Source: Plasmodiophora brassicae
Taxonomy: Eukaryota
Direction: 5' to 3'
Assembly (NCBI GenBank): GCA_036867785.1
Contig: CP145410.1
Location: 310,001 to 374,000, forward strand
Length of the DNA: 64,000 nt
Shown: in pieces, positions 55,652 through 64,000 of the stretch
Position numbering within the stretch: the first letter of the stretch is position 1
Layout of the letters: each line of letters opens with the position of its first letter
Program-made: the position numbers and the translations under genes
Notes under the pieces: generated by a model
Databases searched by the model: none
What the model saw: only the letters and a program-made list of their open reading frames with translations
Told to the model about the DNA's origin: nothing

Positions 55652-56952
55652 ATGGAAGTCGCTGCGGCGGTTGTTCGCTGGCTCCGATGTCTTTGCCGGT
55701 GCCTGACCGTGTTGGCGTCCTGGATGCTGATTGCTATACCGGTGACGGCCGGAATCCCGTTGCTCATCGTGATGTATATCACTGTTAAGCCCCTGGCTCC
55801 TACAGTTACGTCAGTGGACCTGCATATGTGAAGCTCATTTTGACGTGTGCGTTTCTGTAGGTTTGGGCTCAGTTGACAACGGCGCTGTCGGGGTGGTACT
55901 ATTTCTTCTGGGTCATCGACATGGAATTATTAGCGGGCACGAAAGTCGTCTTTACGGGCGACACGCTGCCGTTTAACGAGTCCGTCCTCGTTATTTCCAA
56001 CCACTGCTCTACAATGGATCCGTTCTACATGTTCACCATCGCGGTACGCTACTACACCAATAGCGTCCCTGAATACTGAGTGAGCGTGACAAACCAGGCG
56101 CGAAGGTTCCGTATTGGCAACGTGAAGTTCTTTGCCAAGAAAGTCATCCAATCCTACTTTCCGTTCGGCCCTGCCAGTAGGTTGAGCGTTCCTGTCGTCG
56201 CCGTTCAATTTCGAACATGCATGTGGAACAGTGGCGCTAGTTGACTGTATCTTCATCGATCGGGACTGGACCAGCGATCGAACGAAGATCAATGAAGCCT
56301 TCGAATCGGCCTACAACCATCCAACAGTGAGGGTGCTGTTCAAGTGTGGCGTTTTCGTTTGCAGCTGATAGTTAAAGTGAAGGTTCCTATATGGATGATG
56401 TCGTTCCTGGAAGGCAGGCGAATGTCTGAGGCGAACAAGAAGCAATCGGATCAGTACGCCGCTGAGCATGGCATGCCTATGTTGCACAAGACGCTGTACC
56501 CTCGAACCAAAGGATTATGGGCGATCATCTCTGGAGCAGGACCACTTCTTGATGCGGTCTACGATGTGACGCTTAAGTTCCCAGTAGGTCCACTGATGTC
56601 ATACGCCTCGACCGCGACGGTGACGGTGTTGCAGAAAGGAGCGCCCTCAGTTATAGAGTTCTTCGCAGGTGGGCCGAAGGCTGAAGTGCACATGCACGTC
56701 AGGCGAATTCCCATTGCCGATATACCCGCTGGGTCGATCGACGAGTTGAAACCGTGGCTGTACGCGTTATGGAAATCCAAGGACGACCTGCTCATGGCCT
56801 TCGAGCAAGATGGCAGGTTCCCGGGACCAGTCGTCGAGGAACCTCTCTCCGTCTGCAGACACTGGACAGGGTGTGTCCTTCATGGTCTCTTAGACGAAAG
56901 ACGGTTCAAAGATCGATCGGTCCGTAAAGACGTGGCGGCACCGGCATCGTGA
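55652..56952 (+). CDS. Lysophospholipid acyltransferase (LPAAT/LCLAT1-type, multi-exon)
   Basis: NHCSTMD (NHX4D), KFFAKK, IFIDRDW..D, FLEGRR, LYPRTKG, AVYDVT and VHMHVRR...WL..LW..KD. Confidence 0.9.
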
Positions 56953-57118
56953 GCAGTGTCCAAGTACTTAGGCGCTGATACGATGAGGTTGCCACAATAC
57001 GATGGTCTGACTGATATAAAAGACACATCTACCTACTCAGCAGCAAATAGGACGTCGATTGGACATACTGGAGGATTCATTAGTATCTAGTGCCCAGGAT
57101 GGGCATAGATCAGAGCCG

Positions 57119-60100
57119 TTATTCCTTCTTGCGGGGCAGGCGCTGGTGTGCAGTGATGCGATCGCCCAGACTGAGAGCAATGCCCTGTGTCTTCGATCGA
57201 ATGCGAATGTAACCCGCAATGGCTCCGGTGGACTGCTTTTCGACAGAGACGTTGACAAGCGCATCTTCGCCAAAGATCGACCTGGCATACAGGTTGACGG
57301 CAAGGAAATCGCATCCGCCGGAAAGAAGGCCGCGCTCAGTGAGGCAGTTCATGTTCGCGAGGTCAGTGACGTGCTGAACGTACTCTTCCAGGTCTTGGAT
57401 GTCGGTGTTAACAGGAACCTTGTTCTCCCATTCAAATTCGGCCCACATCGTTCGGAAGTCAGCGTCGGTACATATCGCGGGGACAATGTAGTCCATGATG
57501 TCCAGGTGGACTGAATTCATAACAACAAGCTGACGCTCCGTGATGCCGCTCGCGTCGTAGGCGATGTTGCCGAAGATGATCCCGGATTCCGTAGAGGAAA
57601 CCTTGATGACTGCCTGGATTGTAACGGATCCATACGGCGCGATCGTGTGGCCCTGCGGACGCTCCACAAGTTTAAGGTCGCCGGATGTGGTCAGCTCAAC
57701 GACAACGTTCTGAAGCGTTCTCTGTGTCTGGTTGATGATCAAGATGTCGAGAACTATGTCGTACTGGTGGACCGTTACATAGGCTTCTCCATACACTGGG
57801 TCGCTGAAGCCAGTGAGCTGGAAAACACGGTTCAGCCGAGTGGATCCACTCTCGCCTAACTCGGTATTTCTACACGTCATCGTTCAGGGACGGAGGGCTT
57901 AACGGTTCGACGGAAAATCTTACCCGATAGCTTTGCTGACATCAACTTCGTCATCGAAATCGAGCTCACCCAAACCAGTCTTGGGTTTGAGTTGACGAAT
58001 AGACAAACCTTCATCAAACTGCGTCTTTGGAATTTCCGGTTTCTTGGTAGCATCTGAAAGAGAACGGCGCTCTTTCAACATCTCCACGAAGACTTCGCGG
58101 CACTGCTTCAGAAACACGTCGGAATAGGATGTCGGGTCTAGAAGAACGTGAATGCACCGCGAGATTCGATCAACAGAGTCTTGGTCAATTGGCGATGCAC
58201 ACCCTGGGGACAAGCCATAGCGAAGGATTGTTGCCATGGCCATCATCGCGTGCGATATCGACACATTCGATTGTGGTGAACCGAGTCCCAGCATAGACAC
58301 CTCGCGTAATGCTATGATTGAAACGATCAGCCATAATCAGGCGAAAAGAATCACGGCAATACCTAGTTTAGCCAGGGTATTGCAGAGGGCAGTAGCCAGG
58401 AAATAATCGCCATCTTTGATGAGTGCGTGAAGTGTCGTAGCATTGCCTTCGCGAATCAGCATAAGCGACAGAACACGCAGGAAGAGATAAAATAGCACTA
58501 CCAATTTCAGCAGTGGCACTGTCGGGCACCATACCAGGAGCCTCGAGAACACTTTGCTGCGCGTAAGTCCCATCCGGAAGAATGACTGGACGACTGGCAA
58601 ATGCTGCTGTTGGGGTTTCCTCAGCGTTCTCCTCGTCCACCGAAGGCAGAGCGCCCTTCTGTGTCTCATCGACGAATGGAATTGGAGCAAGCGATGTCAT
58701 AATCGCCGATTTAGCAATGGCTACAACCAGGCGTAAATCGACATGGATAGTTAGGCAGAAAATGGATTGCACAAACCGATGGATTCTTTGTCGACGGCGA
58801 ACTCGCCAATTATCCACAACGCGACACGATAGACAAGGGAAAGCTTGATTTCAGAGAAGCTCTCGACAAGTTTTTCCAGAATAGTGACACGCAGCTAGGC
58901 AGACCGTAATGAGTAATGTAACGACAAATAGCAGACTCTAGTCCTACATGCTCGTATTCTTGGATGATTCCGCGTACGAAGTACATAACGTCCAAAGCGC
59001 TCTAGACATCCCGTTAATACGCAACCGTCCAACGACAACACGGAGACCCACGTTTCCCTGGTCGTTACCGACGAAGTTTAACAGAAGAAGAGCAACGGTG
59101 TTTGCGACAATTGGGAAGCTAACAGCACATTCATAGATAGCCTCAACTGAACGATAAGGGACATACGTCAGCGATGATTCTGACAAACCTAGGTTGGTGC
59201 CTTACCTAAAAGACCGCGATACTGCACAGCCAGCGTGTCGTTGGAAACTTCGGTTGCCAGAATTTCTTTTTTCAAGAAGTTGACGACATCGTGGGCGTTC
59301 CTGTGTGACACAAGCCGGCGCGCAATAGCCAGAGTCTTCTTTCGAATGTCGTGATTAGGAGTAGTGACAGTACGAAGAATATCCATAATGGATTCCTGCA
59401 AGATCTTCTCATGACGACCTTGAAGAGACTCCAGTTTGTCGAGTATAATGAGCTTGACGTTGTGGTCGGCCTCTGCAGCCAGCAGGAGAGACAAAGTCGA
59501 GACGCAAGCTCGAACAGCAGTTGGAGAACTCGACAAAGTCAACAGGGTATTTGCGGCTTCGTATGCCACAGTGTTCGATTCCGAGTTGAGCAACGAAAAT
59601 ATGCACCGGATGTACTTGGCCTTCGCAGCAGGGTCACCACGGCATACTTTTCGAACCAGTTCAAGAACAGCCATCTGGAAACTTTCCCCGAACGATGGAA
59701 TCGACGGAAGAACGGAGTCCAAGTATTGGACAGCGCGATCGGTATCGCAATGAAACAACATGAGAAACGCATTTCGCTTCGCCTGCATATTTGGTTCCGT
59801 CATCAGCAACTTCACCATCATATCAGGCGCATCCGGGATCAGATCAGGAAAGTTCTGCATGTCCTTCAGAACCCGTTCAGTTCACATTCTATACCGAACC
59901 GACCTGATAGATTTCGAACACTGCCAATACAGCGTTTTTGCGAACATACGAATGGCGATGCTCCAGGTTAGCGGTAATTACCGGAATAAGGGATTCGAGA
60001 ATTTCAGGGTGTTTGATCTTGCAGATAAGTCGCAAGGTCGACCCTCGAATGTACTCGTTGGGACTCTCAAGATCGTTTCGGATGTAATTGCTAAATGCCA

Positions 60101-60513
60101 TAATAAGGAAATATGGACTATACCAGGCATTTGGCGAGCACATGATCTTACCAGACGAGAATCATTTCAGGCAGCAGAGCGCCGTTAGCGTCCGTCATAT
60201 CGATGCACTCCCAGAAAATCAGTAGAATCTTCTTCAATGGCTCGTCATCGCATTGCAGGCATGATTTAATGACAGGCATGAGCATGTTTCGTTGTGGTTC
60301 GCCATTAAGCGTCAATAAGATAATCTGGAAGAAGCATCAACGGGACGAAGGAAAACATAAGCAGATGCCGCCGCGCCATACTTGTTTCAGTGCGGCCTTC
60401 TTGTCATCGATATTGGCGCTGTCGAGCTTGGCCCGAATATCACTCGACTTGAGCGACCCGACGTCATCGCTGTGGATCAGTACAGTGCACTGCACGTCGA
60501 CTGCAGATGCCAT
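57119..60513 (-). CDS. COPB1: Coatomer subunit beta (beta-COP), multi-exon
   Basis: [65 protein letters not shown] and [17 protein letters not shown]. Confidence 0.97.
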
Positions 60514-60831
60514 GACCAACCCAACTCAGCGATTGGCGATTGCGGATAAACCAAGCCCACCAAAAAACGAGTTCGCGACTGTCCTAATTTCCGACAACGG
60601 CGTTTTGGAGGTCGCGGCCCGTCACTGATTCGTGAAATCGCAGTACAGTAAGTAGGTACATGCCATGGTACATGCTAACATGCAGTAATGTCAGCAACGA
60701 TAGATAACAACCCGCCGTTTTGCTATTAAGAATACACGGTAGCACAAGATTTCAGTGTTGTACGGTACGTATGTATTATAGTATGGTGCCATGGGGCTGA
60801 GACCTTGAGTGCGCCACGGCGTTCTTCCGCA

Positions 60832-61313
60832 ATGGCAATGAGCGACGACGAGACGCGCTCGCCCGTCCGGCGAACCAGGGGTCGCGGCCATCATCGCAAG
60901 ACAGACGACTACGATGAGCGGTACAAAGGCCCCGCCGGTCAGTTCGAGTCGGTCGCTGGCAAATCGTCCGCTGCCGGTGCACCGTTGCCTTGTACGTCCC
61001 TTGCTTCTGTGATGCGTAACGAAATTTCACCATTCGCATCGCAGCTGTTGAGGGATGGATCATTATCGTAACGAACGTCCATGAAGAGGCCCAGGAAGAC
61101 GATATCTATGATCGATTCGCTGACTATGGCGAGATTAAGCAGCTTCACCTGAACCTCGACAGGCAGACCGGTTTCGTTAAAGGCTATGCGTTGATCGAGT
61201 ATGGGACCTCTGAAGAAGCCGAGCATGCCATCAAGGCGGAGAACAACAAGATGCTGCTCGAGCAGAAGATCCACGTCGACTGGGCGTTTAAATCCCCCAG
61301 TGGTCGCCGTTGA
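60832..61313 (+). CDS. RBM8A: Exon-junction complex RNA-binding protein Y14 (2 exons)
   Basis: [20 protein letters not shown]...[29 protein letters not shown]...VDWAF. Confidence 0.95.
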
Positions 61314-61362
61314 CCTGCCTCCATAAGTACACTTGAGCGACACTGATGTATGTAGGTATTAG

Positions 61363-62418
61363 TTACGCGCAACTCAATCTTCGAACAGCCTCGAGCGTCT
61401 CCCGGCACGCCATCTCTACGTCAGGACGCTCGTGGTCTTCCTCGGCATCCATACGTTCTTGAACTAGAGCAGCGCATCGGCGGGAGGCGTTTGTCGTTAC
61501 CCACGGGCACCATGGCCTATGCTCATGGACAACGTCGAACTGGACTTGATCCGGCCTCCTTGGCGACGATGGCCTGGAGATGACCATCGCATTGCCGAAG
61601 ATATCCAGACCCGAGGATGGCAGTTCGCAAACACTAGAGACCCGTTCGCCAATTCGGAATATAGCGGGAGGAGATTCATCTTGAGAGGCGCGACATTTCC
61701 GCTTCACCGTCGGTTCCGTTCCGGGCGATGATAGTGCTCGCCGCTTGCCAACCATCCTATGGCCCGTGGACGCCGTCTTGGGACCTATCGGCACAGAGCG
61801 TCCACATACGCTGCATTCGATGACGTAACGCAACGTAGGTGACAATCGCCATCCATGCACAGCAAGGGCCTGCAGAACATCGGGATTCGCATCTCTAGCA
61901 GCAACTAGTTCTCGAATTTCATGCGCATCAGGGTTGAAAGATTCCAGACGAGCACGATAATCTCGCAAGATCGACATTGAATCGACAGGAAGAACGCGCG
62001 CTGGTGATCCGATGGGCACGCCGCTGAAAGGACAGCTCCGGGAATGACGATTGGGCAACGTCTATACGGCACATTACGACGCGAGCAACACGCCAGCATA
62101 TTACGGCGGGCTGACCTGTGCAATTTGCTGGATAAACGCGGTGCGTGCGTGCCCATGCAAACGCTCGCTGGGTTGAACCAGAGCGCGTCGATGACAATAG
62201 CCGCACTCTAGCGCGTTGACACCGACGCAGCGCCAACCGCGCGCGCACAGTACCAGCGGTGACAGTTGCGCGTCATGCCGCCACCGATCGACCCGGAACG
62301 ACCGCAGCGCGTCCAGCACATTGGTGCCGGGCGGCGGCGCCAACGATGCGGCCAGCGACGATCGCACAGAGTCGCGCGCTTCCCGCCACCGTACCGCGTC
62401 GTCCGGTTCGGAAGCCAT
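61363..62418 (-). CDS. NIPA/ZC3HC1/Rsm1-like C3HC zinc-finger protein (2 exons)
   Basis: LRSF..W....LSPLVLCARGW....LECGYC...H..SCPF, and a second module LAVHGW...IECSVC...FD...EHRPWCPW. Confidence 0.85.
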
Positions 62419-62842
62419 TGTGCGCGGTCCGCCTGTCAGTGACTGCTGCCACGACGGCCCACTGCGGTCCGCTCCTCGCGTGTCGTCAGGCGACTGCAGG
62501 ATCACTTGGGGGGACAGATTTTCGAATGGCGCCAAAAGGTTTACTGTGACGCGGCAATGACGGGGCCCATGTTCGCGTGCCTTCTCGAACGTGGCGACGG
62601 AGGCGGCTGCTGTCACGGGCGGTGACGCTGCGTATTGCGGTGATGGAGCGCATTGTGCTTATCGAAGGAGCATGGCTACACCGGCAGACTGCGTCGCGTC
62701 TGATGATGCATCGTCGGCGTCGCCGCACGTCCCCGTGTACATTCATCGTACGCGCTCGCAGATCTTCGTAAGGCGTGGCATGGGATTACGCGATCCCGCC
62801 AAGTCCGACGGTGGATTGTCTTGGTAGAAGTACACAGAGGAC

Positions 62843-64000
62843 GTGAATCAGCCGGAGCCGTTGCAGGATGTGCAGGATGCCGAAGACGACATCCGCCTGC
62901 GAATGAACCGGCATAGCGCTCGTCATCTGTCGAGCGACGTCGTGGCGATGCAGACCGTCTGGTCTTCTATCAATACGGCGAATGACGCGACGAAACCAAG
63001 CCGGGCCCCGATCGGCATTGTCAAGAGCAACCACTCGCTTGTGGAATTCGAGCCCGTTGCCGGTTCGTCGATACGGTCCAAGGTCCCCAGTCTCCACGAC
63101 GTTCGGCTGTCGTGGGGCGAGCGTCCTCGCAACGTTCTCGTTGTACTCAAGCGAGGCCTGTCCGCCGCACGTGTTGTTCTACTGGAGTTAGCGGTCTGGC
63201 TCATCGAGGTCCAGAAGATTAACGTGATCGTAGAGCCAACGGTGAAGGCCGACGTGGAACCTGACGTTGCCCAGCGTCTGTCGTCGTGGGATGGCGACGA
63301 AGCCAAGAAGCGAATTCTGTCAACAGCGGATCTGGTGGTCATCCTGGGCGGAGACGGCACAATCCTCTGGACGAGCCAACTGTTTCATGGAGCTCGATCC
63401 GGTGATATACCCCCCATCATGGCGTTCGCCATGGGCACCCTCGGGTTCATGACCCCATTCCAGGTTGCGGACTGGAAGGGCGATCTCACACACGTCATTG
63501 AAACGTGCCCGGGCATATCGCTCCGGGATCGTTTGGTCTGTAGACATTACGAAAAGGTAACGCCAGTTTGGACGCAAGCGATCACCTTTACCCACGTTCA
63601 CGTAGGACGATGATCCGAATCGGGCTTCTCCTCAGCACGAGTATTCCGTCGTCAACGAAATCTGCATTGATCGAGGTGGCGAGCAGGCGCTGACCAATAT
63701 CGAATGTTTCGCCGATGGCCATTTCGTCACTCGAATTCGCGCCGATGGCGTTATTGTTTCGACCCCAACTGGGTCCACTGCCTGTTAGACAGCGCGTGCT
63801 CCCCACAACCTCTGCTCGCGAAAGTGACGTCGCCATTGCAGATTCACTTTCATGCGGTGCGAGCATCGTTCACCCATCGTGCCGGTCGATCCTGTTGACG
63901 GCGATATGCCCTCACAGCCTCAGTTTCCGTCCCATCGTCTTCTCGGCCGGTGTGACCATTACACTGCGATCACAGTTGCCGGCGTCGGCCACGTTCGATG
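62843..64000 (+). CDS. NAD(+) kinase (multi-exon, runs off the window end; start uncertain)
   Basis: LGGDGTIL, MGTLGFM, VVNEICIDRG, ADGVIVSTPTGSTA and LTAICPHSLSFRP. Confidence 0.93.

Noticed and set aside
1-64000. tRNA, rRNA or snRNA genes
   Set aside because: None recognised by eye. An Infernal or tRNAscan run would be needed to exclude small ncRNAs.

Overview
Eukaryotic, GC-rich, very gene-dense DNA with many short (~50-70 nt) spliceosomal introns. The style fits a compact protist genome such as a phytomyxid like Plasmodiophora; this is inference only. Most of the window is housekeeping genes: SEN15, UBC12, MED4, ATP synthase subunit f, a DH-PH RhoGEF, GFAT, TMEM242-like, a chromodomain protein, the mitochondrial citrate carrier, ETHE1, MED22, GlcNAc kinase, CTC1, an EF-hand protein, enoyl-CoA hydratase, RPC1, HSP20, an acyltransferase, beta-COP, Y14/RBM8A, NIPA/ZC3HC1 and a NAD kinase. 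Two regions stand out. (1) A composite of three mobile elements at 12566-20011. A ~720-bp non-autonomous hAT derivative (8-bp TSD GTTACGTC, BED-finger remnant) hosts two separate insertions: a deleted IS630/Tc1-like element with TIRs made of 22-bp tandem subrepeats, and an intact chromodomain-bearing Ty3/gypsy element with identical LTRs, a WIDD reverse-transcriptase motif and no canonical tRNA primer-binding site. (2) A block of apparently intronless secreted or membrane genes at 32.8-42.8 kb. It includes a 1862-aa secreted protein that looks like a copper-less tyrosinase/hemocyanin fold split by a ~1400-aa Ser/Pro/Gly/Gln repeat. Also notable: a GFAT with a 37-aa leader ahead of its catalytic Cys, a DUF6729-like gene, a copia integrase relic, micro-exons and GC-AG introns. 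All family calls come from motif recognition, not database searches, and exon boundaries were reconstructed by eye.
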